Made by a program: the position numbers and the translations under genes. A DNA stretch of 64,000 nt, from assembly GCA_951406725.2 (NCBI GenBank), contig OX597822.1:93496001-93560000 (forward strand). The letters are read 5' to 3'. Positions 1 to 13,690 of the stretch are shown here, piece after piece. The notes below the pieces were generated by a model, which had not been told where the DNA came from, did not search any database, and worked only from the letters and a program-made list of their open reading frames with translations. This DNA comes from Octopus vulgaris. Taxonomy: Eukaryota. How positions within the stretch are numbered: position 1 is the stretch's first letter; each line of letters opens with the position of its first letter.

Positions 1-384
1 TTCTCCAATGTTTAAATCAAATCATTCGCGTAGGTGTTGATACCAAGATTTGTGAGGCTCCTGGTACACTGTTTGTCTATGCCTGGTTCTTTGCTCTGAT
101 AGCAACAACATGAAACAGAAACTAGGCCACGGACTTGACTAGCTTGGAATTAACATTGTTTTTTACTCTCTGTAACTGAAATGGAGCAATGTAGAACTGT
201 TCCTGAAATGAAATAACCATAATATTCCAACCACAAAGAAATGGCTTTATGCTATTTACACAACAGAATTGGCATCAACACAAGAACTGTGTGTTATTGT
301 ATGAGATCATCTTACGATGAGGTGCCAAATGACGGAGACAGAGAGAGAGAGACATAGTCGGAAAGAAACAGAGGAAGCTCTTTT

Positions 385-473
<89 letters not shown>

Positions 474-691
474 GGTTATGAGTACTTCAACTACTTAAAG
501 CTAGAAAAAAGTGAAGGCAATTTATAGTTTTGGTCGTTAGTTACTTCACTAGAAAATATTTCGTTTAACGTAACAACCAGTTGCATTGTCGTCTTCTCCC
601 AACTCCGTGTCATTCTAGCTTGCCAGGGATGCCATCATATTTGCTTTCGGTTGTTATTTATTGGAAAGTTTATCTTCAAGATGATGGATAT

Positions 692-728
<37 letters not shown>

Positions 729-876
729 CCTATCACCTCTGTCCCCTACTTTATTTATTTATTACTTTACTTGAGACGTTTTGTCGAGGTTACGGACTTT
801 TGGAAACATGACATTTCGAAATGAAATTCTTTATCATAAAATTATTTCATCTGTGAAATTGTAAAACCAGCTGATA

Positions 877-921
<45 letters not shown>

Positions 922-1351
922 TCTTCTCTCTCTCTCTCTCTCTCTCTTTTTTTCTCTCTCTCTCTCCCTCGTGAAATCCTTCATAATAAATGTATCTATA
1001 TTCAAACACACATACTATGTAATGTTGTCTGCCTCTCTGCTTAGACGAGAAGTAGAAGAGGTTTCTTCTACTCCACCATTAACGTTTTGTCTTTTTTTCT
1101 TCACTTTTCTTTCGCGATTTATTTTTGTCTGTCATGTTATTGTTGATTTACCTGACAATATTGTCGCCATTTGACTTGCTATTTTTGACATTTGTTTTGC
1201 TAGATTTCCATCTTAGACGTGACCGATGAATAACAAGCAACAGTTCTACACTTGACATGAATCAACGAAATTCACTAAATTACGTCTCACAACATCAGTT
1301 ACAAAACATAATAGTCAAGATTAAGTAAGCCTTCTTTTCAAAGAGGAAGGA

Positions 1352-1772
<421 letters not shown>

Positions 1773-2004
1773 CACTTCTTGTCATATTTTCTTATATTTT
1801 TATATATATTTCATTGGCGTGCAGTATCTCTCTCAGTCTCTCTATTTCCACCTCTCTCTCACCATCTCTTTCTATCACTATCTTTCCTCCTCTTTCTCTC
1901 TCCCACCCTCACACCCTCTCTATTATCCCTCCTCTCTCTCTCTCTATTACGCAAATATTTTTAAAATGTATCCTCTCGTCCCTGTTTTGTAAAACACACA
2001 AAGC

Positions 2005-2038
<34 letters not shown>

Positions 2039-2105
2039 TACACACTCACAGATATACTCATTCAGTCACACACACACATACACACTCACAGATATACTCA
2101 TTCAG

Positions 2106-2171
<66 letters not shown>

Positions 2172-2567
2172 GGAATAGCTTACAATTAAAAATGACAAAC
2201 TAAAGGAAAGAAAAAGCCCGATAACAAAAAGAAAAGAATAAAAAGAAAACAGAATTGGTCAAATAAGTCTCTCATTTAAAATATCGTTTCTACTCGCAGA
2301 CACACCCGTATACGGTTCTGTTTGATTGATAAAATCTACACACAATCAAATGTTTGGATAAACATGATTAAATAGCAGTTTTTCATGTTTTTAAAAGACA
2401 TTTTCATCCAAAGATACAGTAAATTTATAAAAAAAAAAAGAACCACAGAGTCAAATTGTTAATAGGTTATGTAAGAATTCCTTATTACTGAGATGTATAT
2501 GCATAGCAACTGTTTTGATCTGAAATCATATGCTGACACCAAAGAGATTTCAGCATTGAAGACACAA

Positions 2568-3002
2568 GGAATCTTTTCGGTTTGAACGGCAGTTTTTAAC
2601 ATAATTTCTAGGTAACTAAAAAATTTTAAACTTCGTATACTGGTAGAATGTGTTTATAAAACATCTTTTTCTCTTGGCTTTATTGAGAAAATTCTATAGT
2701 TTGTTAGATATTTGTTGTTTTTTTTTCCTTCAATTTCTGCAATTTCAACCAATCACTGACGTCTATTGAGGTAAAAAAAACATTCTGTGCCGTATGAATA
2801 TTCCCTCGTTTAAGAAACAGATTGGGTTTATTTACATTTGTGAAGAAAAAAGATACCCTTCCCCCACCCCTAACCCTAACCCTAACTAACCCTAACCCTA
2901 AAAGAGATTGAAATGCAATAGATCGATTCTAGGGTCATAATTATGGGTGACAATTTCATATGACACCGCTAGAAAAAACTGCCGTTCAAACCGAAAAGAT
3001 CC
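2568..3002. mobile_element. MITE with ~29-bp TIRs and an internal (CCCTAA)n tract
   Basis: Left gga(a)tcttttcggtttgaacggcagttttt and right aaaaactgccgttcaaaccgaaaagatcc are reverse complements. A related internal fragment is at ~46420-46570. Confidence 0.85.
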
Positions 3003-3189
3003 AGAATTCCTTATTACTAAGATGTATATGCGTAGCAAGTGTTTTGATCTGAAATCATATGCTGACACCAAAGAGATTTCAGCATTGAAGACACAAGTTA
3101 GCCAGTCAGAAACACAGAAAGACCATCAGATTTACTTAAACATTTATTTGTAATACGGAGCGACGAAAATTTTGACACCATATTATAAA

Positions 3190-3575
3190 CTAGCAGTATA
3201 GCCCGGCTTTGCTCGGGATTAAGTAAGGATTATTAAGCTAATCAAGCTCTTTATTTCAAAGCAAACTAAGTAACATCGACGTCAAATTTGAGTGAAATCC
3301 GTTGACATTGGTAAACTTTGGCCTGAAATTTTGCAGACAATTTGAGTGGGAAATCCCATAAGGAATCGGTTCCTCGATTTTTTCCACTCATCTATTGTTT
3401 TTTCTTTCTTTTTTCATGTAACCCCACTTTGCCCATGGGTTGAGAACCCTTCCAGTAAGGAAAATAGAACGCCCAAAAGGGCCCCCGATCCTCTGAACTC
3501 AGAACATAAAATTGGAAGAAATGTCACAAAACTTTTTGTGCGGCATGCTAACGATTCTATCAGCTCACCACCTTA
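3190..3575 (-). mobile_element. Helitron-type non-autonomous element (3' end clear, 5' end uncertain)
   Basis: Minus strand ends cccgagcaaagccggg hairpin ... CTAG|T at 3190; same terminus family as 3876. Confidence 0.6.
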
Positions 3576-3875
3576 ATATCCAGTAATAATACAATTTCAC
3601 TGAAGTTAGCGTCTCAGCAGCCAGTATAAGTTCAAATCTTGTTGCTGATGACACTTTGTACTTTATTTAGGATAAATAAAAATTACAAGTCGACACCAAC
3701 TTATCAATGTGTAACAAACGAGACAACTCAAAACCGTCATCGTTTAATATTAGGAGTAGAAAAGTGGAGATTTATTGCTAGTGTATGTGGATTTTTGATT
3801 GTATTTATTTTAATGAGTCGGGAAATAAAATGTAAAAGTAAATATAACAATACATATAGATTGTTATATACCATA

Positions 3876-4248
3876 CTAGCAGTATCGCCTGGCGTTGCTC
3901 GGGTTTGTAAGGGAAATAACTATAAAGCATTTTTAGAGAGTTATAGCCAAAAAATAGCAAAAAATGCATTAAAAATGGGAAAAAAATTATGGTTGACTCA
4001 TCGTAGACATTTTTAGAGAGTTACTTCCCTTATATTAAAAAAATATGCATTAAAATGGAAAAAATGATGGTAAATTATTTGTAAAATCGTAGCCTCATCG
4101 TAGACGCGCGCTAATACCCAGAAGGGCTTGATATGAATCACGACTATAAGATACCCGGTTTTGGTTAAACTGCACCGCAAAATGTGGGAGTAGTTAGGAA
4201 TTTAAATCGGAGTAGACAGACACACAACCTTTCTTTTATATATAAAGA
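3876..4248 (-). mobile_element. Complete non-autonomous Helitron (373 bp)
   Basis: Minus strand reads A|TCTTTATATATAAA ... cgagcaacgccagg hairpin ... CTAG|T: canonical TC/CTAG ends, AT target, no TSD. Confidence 0.85.
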
Positions 4249-4250
4249 TA

Positions 4251-4855
4251 CATAAACCGGCATCTACCACCATACATTTATAGTCTGGCATCTATCGCAA
4301 TACATAGAGACCAGCACTTGCCACCATACAACTAATGAAGTAGCTGTTACAATACTTAATCCATCATCTGATCTAGTAGAAAACATATAGTCCGGCACAT
4401 AATCTACCATAATACATATAGTATGGTATCTACTGCCATGTATGTAGTCCGGCATATAACACTATACACCTAGTCTAGCATCTATTACAACACACATAGC
4501 CCAGCATCTACCGCTATACATATATTAGTCTAGCATCTACCACAACGCCATTTACTCCGGCACCTACTGCCATACACATAGTCCGGCATATACCTATTTC
4601 TATTTCTTTATTACCCACAAGGGGCTAAACACAGAGGGGACAAACAAGGACAGACATAGGTATTAAGTCGATTACATCGACCCCAGTGCGTAACTGGTAC
4701 TTAATTTATCGACCCCGAAAGGATGAAAGGCAAAGTCGACCTCGGCGGAATTTGAACTCACAACGTAGCGGCAGACGAAATACCGCTTAGCATTTCGCCC
4801 GGCGTGCTAACGTTTCTGCCAGGTCCGGCATATACACATAGTCCGGCATATACCG
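4251..4855. repeat. Degenerate ~26-bp minisatellite (catatagtccggcatctacc...) interrupted by a SINE
   Basis: About 12 diverged units from 4251 to 4592; two more after the SINE at 4823-4855. Confidence 0.75.
4592..4822 (-). mobile_element. tRNA-derived SINE family B (representative copy)
   Basis: Head ggcagaaacgttagcacgccgggcg..gagttcaaattcc (A/B box-like) and core gtcgactttgcctttcatcctttcggggtcgataaa..agtaccag, which resembles the Deu/Nin-type SINE domain as recalled. Other copies at ~14333(+), 15898(-), 25089(+), 25322(-), 25590(+), 31408(-), 36595(+), 36820(+), 37970(-), 43884(+), 59235(-), 59663(-), 63617(+). Confidence 0.85.
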
Positions 4856-5205
4856 CTTTGCTAACTCTGCTCCTTATGCTCAGAAGATTGTCGATGATGC
4901 CAGCAAGAAACTTTATAAATTTATATGTGTTTCTCTTTTTATGGATCTTCTTCCATCTATATACCATTCAAAATCTCTGGTTAACTGTCATTCTGTACTG
5001 GTGTCTGTCTGTCCGTCCTCTATATATCTCTCTCTCTCTCTCCCCCCCTCTCTCTCCTAATATAATAAATGCGAAAACTAATTTCTGTGTGTCAGTATGT
5101 CACACTTCGATCCTCTCTCTCACTATTCATTGACACTCCTACTATTGCTTATGTTGGGGTGAAAGTAATAGTAGGCACACAGACGATGAGTGCGGTGACA
5201 TAGAC

Positions 5206-5250
<45 letters not shown>

Positions 5251-5415
5251 AAAAGAAGGAAGTAGAGGGCGAGAAAGAGAGACAAAGAAATTTAAGCAGA
5301 GTTGATGTTTTTATAAAAAGTAGTAGTGTTGATGGGTGTAATAATAAGGGAGGGAAAGAATGGGTATGTGAGCAAAAGAGAGACTGACCACAGAATTAAC
5401 ATGCTGAAGTAGCAT

Positions 5416-5633
5416 ACTCTCTTTTACTCTTTTACTTGTTTCAGTCATTTGACTGCGGCCTTGCTGGAGCACCGCCTTTAGTCGAGCCTATCGACCCCGG
5501 GACTTATTCTTTGTAAGCCCAGTACTTATTCTATCGGTCTCTTTTGTCGAACCGCTAAGTGACGGGGACGTAAACACACCAGCAACGGTTGTCAAGCAAT
5601 GCTAGGGGGACAAACACAGACACACAAACACAT

Positions 5634-5712
<79 letters not shown>

Positions 5713-5878
5713 TACGACAGGCTTCTTTCAGTTTCCGTCTACCAAATCCACTTACAAGGCATTGGTCGGCCCGGGGCTATAGCAGAAGACACTTGCCCAA
5801 GATGCCACGCAGTGGGACTGCACCCGGAAACATGTGGCTGGTTAGCAAGCTACTTACCACACAGCCACACCTGCGCCT
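5416..5878 (-). mobile_element. tRNA-derived SINE family A, full length, with internal (TA)n(TG)n
   Basis: Head ggcgcagg.gtggctgtgtggtaag..ggttcagtccc and tail gactgaaacaagtaaaagag(taaaagag); near-identical to copies at 9085 and 20127. Confidence 0.9.
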
Positions 5879-6245
5879 ACTGAACGAACACACACATTTA
5901 GTTTTTTTTTGTGATGGCAATGGGATGATAGTAATAGTAATAGTAATGAGCTGTAGTTGTGATGATGATGGTGGTGATGGTGGTGGTAGCCGAGGCGGTG
6001 AGGAATGGAGAGTAAGCTATGTGAAAGACAGGGGTGATGGTGATGGAGGGGAAGGTGGCGAAGGCAAAGGTAGTTATGGTGGTAGCGTCAGCAGTCTGAA
6101 TGGTGTGTGTATGGTGGATGTGGTGGCGATGGTGGTGGTACTGCTGTTTATCATGTATCTCTGCAAAAAGCTCCAAGTCAACAAATTATACCATTGTTTT
6201 CATGAAAATTGTTCAGTGCTTGAAAAATATTGTTGAAGTTTAATA

Positions 6246-7250
<1,005 letters not shown>

Positions 7251-7332
7251 ATGTACTCAATGCATGAAGTGTCATTGTTGGGCCCAAGGTCTAATGAAGC
7301 GCCCCTCACAGGAGCTAGCTTAAAAGCCACCC

Positions 7333-7392
<60 letters not shown>

Positions 7393-7393
<1 letters not shown>

Positions 7394-7901
7394 GAGCAAA
7401 ACGCCCCTCGTCCAATGGACGGTGCTGAGTTGTCAAACATTTAAGCCAAATTTTCTCAAAACAACTTATCCGATCGTCCCATAGGCCTCATTTTTGAGAA
7501 ACACTGATTTAACCTAAATTTGAGACACCAGCAAAAGAAGAAATAAAGATAAACTTTTTTTCTATTCCAAAGAAAAACGATCTTATTCACACAAATATGC
7601 AACCGAAGAGTTTAAAGTACCAGTAATGATAAGGCTGGGAGAACACAAAAATGGTTTAAATAGTAAGCTTGGCAGGAAAGAAACGTGCCTTTAAGCAGTA
7701 CAAAAACAACAAAAAATGGAAGGTGCAGTTATTTACAGATTGACGGAAGAAAAGCAGGACTAAAACGGCTTTATCGATCGCATTTTTAACTAGAATCGAT
7801 TTTTGTAATTTTTTCAAAACTTATACACGCCCTGATACCGTCGATATCTACTTATCAAATTTGAGCGCAATCGGATGGGGGATGCTCGAGATCCGAGAAG
7901 G

Positions 7902-7932
<31 letters not shown>

Positions 7933-7941
7933 ACAGAACAG

Positions 7942-7950
<9 letters not shown>
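7393..7950 (-). mobile_element. Helitron/Helentron-like non-autonomous element
   Basis: Subterminal hairpin cgtcc-aat-ggacg near a CTAG-like end; aaatttgagcgcaatcggatg motif and (CA)n near the other end, typical of Helitron-derived repeats. Confidence 0.5.
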
Positions 7951-7992
<42 letters not shown>

Positions 7993-8243
7993 GCGTGTGT
8001 GTGTGTGTGTGTGCGTGTGTATATGCGTGTGTGTGTGTGCGTGTATATATATAAATTTATAAATAAAGATAATATCGATATTTAAATATCGATATTATCA
8101 AGTGGCCAGCATGGGAAAAATACCATACAAAGGTAATAATTTTTTTACCACTAAAAATAAGGGTGTCTGAGAGACACCACCATGCCGAAATAGCAGTCAA
8201 AACCCTGACTTTAAAAACCACGTTAAATGTTCTTATCGTACCA

Positions 8244-8303
<60 letters not shown>

Positions 8304-8665
8304 AGAGAGAGGAATAGAGAGAGAAAGAGAGAGAAGGAGCTAGATAGATACATATATACATACATAAATATATTCATATATACACACCCCAGTGATGCTG
8401 GTGTTTCCCCTCTTCTCAATTTTTTTTCCATGTCGTTCCACTTACTCCAGCCACAGTCTAACTAACCTACTTCATCTCTCCGCCCACAAACGCCTCTAAT
8501 CATTCCTTCTCTACGAAACGCACGGATTCTTTTAGATTTCTCCCCATTCTATATTTCGATATATTCACACATTCCTCCCGCCTTTTAATGCGAACGTCAA
8601 GAACTTAACCACCCCCTCCCACACGCGATATATTAACTTTCTCGTATGTTCATTTATGTACTCGC

Positions 8666-8730
<65 letters not shown>

Positions 8731-9084
8731 GCATACACAGACATACACACACATATACATGTGTATGTCAGTACGGGCGTGTACGCGCGCACAAGCCTGT
8801 CTAAACCTGGATACGTGTGTTAGTGTGTAGATACATACGAACAAGTGGAAGTATTTAGGCACATACATATGCATATATATATACACACATACGCGTATAT
8901 ATATATATATATATATAAGTAGACAAATGAATTATCTTATTACAGATAATTCGAAAGATAACCGATACATGGGTAGCAAACTCACAACAGAAAAAGCACG
9001 GTTGAAGTTACGACCATAGGGCATAAATCTTCGTTCAGCTCCATTCTTTCCTATACTTAATATATTAAATTAATATATATACGC

Positions 9085-9476
9085 TTATTCGTTTTACTCC
9101 TTTATTTGTATCAGTCATTTGACGGCAGCCATACTGGAGCATCGCCTTTAGTCGAACAAATCGACCCCAGGACTTATTCTTTGTACGCCTAGTACTTATT
9201 CTATCGGTTTCTTTTGCCGAACCGATAAGTTACGGGGACGAAAACCCCAGCATCGGTTGTCAAGCGAGTGTGGCGCGGACAAAGACAGACACTCAAACAT
9301 ATACATATATATACGACGGGCTTCTTTCACTTTCCTTTTACAAAATCCACTCACAAGGCTTTGCTCGGCCCGAGGCTATAGTAGAAGACACTTGCCCAAG
9401 GTGCCACGCATTGGACTGAACCCGGAACCATGTGGTTGGTAAGCAAGCTACTTACCACACTGCCCTCCCTGCGCCT
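9085..9476 (-). mobile_element. SINE family A
   Basis: Colinear with 5416-5878; very short internal microsatellite. Confidence 0.88.
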
Positions 9477-10175
9477 ATGTGTGTGTGTAGAACAAATAGT
9501 GTGGTATTATTGATCTGGGCAAAATACTTCATAAGCTCTCTGTTGGTACACCAGACTAACAATATTATTTGAATTAGTGAAGCACTCCAGGTAATCTTTT
9601 GTTAGGGTCCAGTGTTATGGTTCATCCCAATTCTATATTGTAAATCAGTGGATGGGCTCCAGAAAAATTGGTTTTTACACAGAGTGATACATACGAAACA
9701 AGTTACAAATAATGGTCGTCACATATTATTCCTTTATTGGAGCAAATTTGGCTTACAGCTGTTTCCAGTAGTCATTAGAGGTACATTATTGATAGGTTTA
9801 CTCAATTGGTCTATTGATCGTTTGAGGCAAATTGAACGACATAAGAAAATTAATGACACTTTTGTCTGAGTCATTTCTGGTTATAACAAGCAGAGCACTG
9901 AAGGAATGGCTATTGTGTAGGGAAGATGGGAAGAGCAAGAGTTAACTACGAAATATTTAATGAACAAACGTGTCTCTGAAGCCCTTAAATCCCCAGGATG
10001 CAACTGCAAATATCAATTAATCTGTTCACCTGTGAAGGGTATAACCCATCAGTAGCTACCTAAAAAAATTCAATGAGGTTCTACTTCCCAGTAAAACAAT
10101 ATACATTGTCATCCACAGATAACAATGTCCTGCGATAAATATAAAACAAGACTTCCGTTCTTGAATATATACTTA

Positions 10176-11100
10176 CTAATAGAAGTACCAGGCGTTGCCC
10201 GAATAGAAAATAACGGAAATAAATTTCATTCTAAACTTGATATATTTTCTTAATATTTATTGTGATTGGTGATTGTTACTGGCATAACAAATTCTGTGAG
10301 ATCATCAACAATAATGAACTTGAAACAGAAAACACAGTTATAATAACACTTTTTTATGCACAACATCATGAGTTTTTCCCAGTTTGAATTGCCCAGTGAC
10401 CATCCAATATACAGTTGTCTATGAGAGAAGCAAGATTCTTCTAATTGCAAACTACTCACTGATAATGTCTGTCTCTGAAATTTGTTGATGGGCATTGCAA
10501 AACTTAGTCTAACTGGAAATTGCATACTTTTAAACTGTACTTTTAAATCAGTTGGTATTAACAGAATTATTGAAATGAATACATTATCATCTGCTCTACA
10601 TCGAGAGAGTATAGTAGTTTCTATGACAAAATTCCATTCAGCAACCTTTTTAAATCGTAATTCTTCTGTTCTAGCTCCCTGTTCACATAACCTCTGAGTT
10701 ATTTGAGCTTCAGTTTCTTCAAGCCGCCTTTGAGATGCTCTGTTTCTCTCTAACTGCAATCTTGATGACCTTCTTGCTTCTGATTCTACTTCATAATAAT
10801 TTGTCTTCCTAATCATATTATCTGCAACTCTCTTGGTGCGTTGCTCGTCTGATTCATCATGTTGATTCTGTGCACTACTTACTCTTTGTTCTCGAAGTCT
10901 TAATGATCTTAGTACATCGATTCTTGAAGAATAGTTGTTTTCCTTGTCCTAATCATCAGTGAGCGTTTTTGATCTTTGTTATTCTGATTCATTTTGCCTA
11001 CATTTCGATGTACTTTCTTATTGTTTTGGAGACTTTCTTATCGCTGCTCTTCAGTTTCATTCTCCCTTTGCAACTGCTTTGCTAGAGCCTTAGGTTTCTT
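10176..11100 (-). mobile_element. Internally deleted Helitron with Pif1-like helicase C-terminus remnant
   Basis: ORF 10250-10816 contains VFISIILLIPTDLKVQFKSMQFPVRLSFAMPINKFQRQTL...CFSHRQLYI (Helitron helicase QFPVRLAFAMTINKSQGQT / FSHGQLYV motifs, degraded), fused to N-terminal E/R/Q-rich repeats. 3' hairpin cgggcaacgcctgg and TTAGT end at ~10176. Confidence 0.85.
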
Positions 11101-11679
11101 TCTTCTATATGAAGGTCTGTTTCTTGGGATTTCTAATGTCACGATCATTTATCTTAACAACATGGGTGTGACACTATTGAAGTTTAAAATTATACTGATA
11201 AATAAGTTCAACATGTTCTAGATTTTATACTTTTTCAAAAAATTTCAAGTAAGTTACAAGCACAAACTTGTGTTATGTTTGTACTTTCATTGTATAAAAC
11301 TGTATTATATATCTTTAGGCAATTTCTGACTTGTTTCATTATTGCACCATCGTTTTAAGATATTGTACCATGTATCTTTAGATATTTGATCGAAGCCTAA
11401 AATCATAATACATATGGAAAGAAGTAAGTGCTCATTTTCTACACAACAGCTTAAAATGAGGAAATGCTACAGTGGTGATAAACAAGTCTGACTACTCGGA
11501 AAAATTGGCAAGTTTTATAAGTGATGGTAGTTACAGCAAAGTAACTCTGAAAACAGAGAGGAGGTTGTCACGGAACTCGGAATCTTGGGGTTAGTAGCCC
11601 GCGCTCTTAACTACTACGCCATATGCCCGTGGGCAATTATGGAGTGAATTTTAAGGCTTATAAATCTAATATTTTCCTA

Positions 11680-12018
11680 TCCTTCCTTAATACCGATTCT
11701 CATATGCTATTCATATCTGCACTCGGTCTGCTTATGAGGTTGTTGTGTCCTAGCATATGTACTGCTTCTTTTATTTTTCCTATTTTCCAGTGGTGTTCTC
11801 TGTCTATTATTTTAACTTCATCCCACAGCGGGAGGTGGTCTCCATTTTTCCAACAACAACAACAACAACAACAACAACAACGAAAAATACCTTAGGAATG
11901 AGAACCTAGGTTCGAAATTTCCCCAAGACATCTGATGAAGGCTGGAGGGCATATCAGCCGAAACATTGTGTTAACAACAAACAAGACTGGAACAAATATC
12001 GTCAAATGTAAATAATGT
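11680..12018. mobile_element. Penelope-like element relic: GIY-YIG C-terminus (-) plus pLTR-like end with hammerhead motif (+)
   Basis: Minus 11700-11850 translates KNGDHLPLWDEVKIIDREHHWKIGKIKEAVHMLG (PLE endonuclease tail pattern). Plus 11928-11971 has CTGATGA-stem-GAAA. Confidence 0.7.
11928..11971 (+). ncRNA. Minimal type I hammerhead ribozyme-like motif (probably degenerate)
   Basis: acat CTGATGA a ggctg-gagggcatat-cagcc GAAA ca tt gtgt. Stem I acat/gtgt, stem II ggctg/cagcc; stem III is CA instead of palindromic CG. Confidence 0.6.
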
Positions 12019-12137
12019 ACGTATATTTGCCATTTAAATATGGCTAACCCCTAAGAGTGGATGCTACTTCCTGGGGCGACAAACTACAGTAGCATCCACC
12101 CTTAGGGGTTAGCCATATTTAAATGGCAAATATACGT
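12019..12137. mobile_element. Short foldback MITE derivative (50-bp arms, 1 mismatch)
   Basis: Arms 12019-12068 and 12088-12137; same family as 62875-63090. Confidence 0.85.
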
Positions 12138-12222
12138 CACGATGTGTTGTAGCTACTGTTTATAACTCGCTCTGAGATTTATTATTGTAAATAATGAACT
12201 AATTTTATAGAGAAAGATTATC

Positions 12223-12545
12223 ACAGTGGAACATTCTCATCAAAACTTCCATTAAGTGCAAACTAAACAGATCTGACATAGTTGTCTGGGACTGAAAAGA
12301 AAAACCAGGTACCTTGCAGATGTGACCATTGCTTCTAAAACCAGTAAGAAGGACAGAGTTAATGGACTGCTTCGAAACCTTTCGCTCCTCTGCTTTGATT
12401 ATAAATCCATATTTATCCTAATAATTGTTGGTGTATTTGGTTAAGCTAGAATTTTCAAAGAAAGAAACAAACTGGCGAACTTTATGGATACAACCTGTGA
12501 GAAGCACATTCGAAACAGATAATACTTTCTTCAGGTTCAATGTGT
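12223..12545 (+). mobile_element. R4/Dong-type (restriction-like endonuclease) non-LTR relic
   Basis: Degenerate translation WNILIKTSIKCKLNRSDIVVWD...IFILIIVGVFG resembles the NRPDIVV..D / PIIIGALG RLE motifs. Confidence 0.55.
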
Positions 12546-13034
12546 AACAATTATTGCACGAGCCAACAAATGTAAATAATGTAAATAATTATTGCACTTG
12601 TTATCTAAAATCTAGTGATGCGGATTCTGTTGGAAACCAGCTCCCTCATTCTGGAAGGAATTTTAATAAATAAAAATAAGCAGCCATCCATCCATCCAAC
12701 CATCTATCCATTGATACATGCATACATACATACATACATACATACATACATACATACACACATACACACACACACACACACACATACATACATACATACG
12801 TACGTACGTACTATATGTATGAACATGCACATCCTTACCTAGTTGCATATATATATATATATAAAATTAGAGATAAAACCACTATTAGGCTAATCAATTA
12901 CTTTTTATCTTTTATTAAACGTTTTAATACTTTTTGATAGTTATATATATTTATAAAAAAAAAAATTAGATAAATGAATATATAATTAAAAAATAAAATA
13001 AAAAAATTTAAAATAAAAATAATAATAAAGATAA

Positions 13035-13065
<31 letters not shown>

Positions 13066-13120
13066 TAAAATTTATAAGTTTAAATTAATAATTTAAAAAA
13101 TATATATTTATATATATATT

Positions 13121-13173
<53 letters not shown>

Positions 13174-13690
13174 CATATTTTACATACATATATACACATA
13201 CATACATGCATACGTACTTACTTAGTTACACATACACATACACACACAATAAAATATCAATATAATATTGGTAGTGTCCTATCCTCTCCAGTATGGACTC
13301 TACGAATAGGGATACCTCACACTAGCAAAAAGGCAAAGATATTTCTAGGGCTCTACAATTAATTGTATGATTCGGTGGTAGGTGTATATATCAGCAGTAA
13401 GGGCTATAACAAAATAAATAAATGAATGAATGAATAAATTCAAAGGGAAATATTTGCTAAATGCTAAACATCAATGTTTCCGAAAGGTGTCGGTACCCTT
13501 TGACCTTCTGTTCTATTTATTGCCTTAGATTTGACTAACTTCACAACGGGAGCGATTTCACCCATTCATTCTTTACCACAGCTCATTAGATCAGTGTATG
13601 TGTCTGTATGTCTGTGTGTATTTATACATATATACGTCTATACATATACACATATAACAGTATATGCATACATATTTGTGTGTGTGAGTG

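Noticed and set aside
971-1330. Hydrophobic ORF 971-1174 and a phase-2 donor at ~1325 (aa|gtaagc) as exon 1
   Set aside because: The hydrophobic ORF ends in a stop with no donor; the ORF reaching the donor (MNQRNSLNYV...) is not signal-peptide-like.
3640-3700. CTGATGA followed by a hairpin as another hammerhead
   Set aside because: GACA instead of GAAA, and no stem III or NUH cleavage triplet.
9500-9950. CR1-type APE endonuclease relic on the minus strand
   Set aside because: Only faint, frameshifted motif resemblance; not supportable without an HMM search.
10250-10816. Host PIF1 helicase gene
   Set aside because: Motifs are degraded, there is no exon structure, and it has a Helitron 3' terminus.
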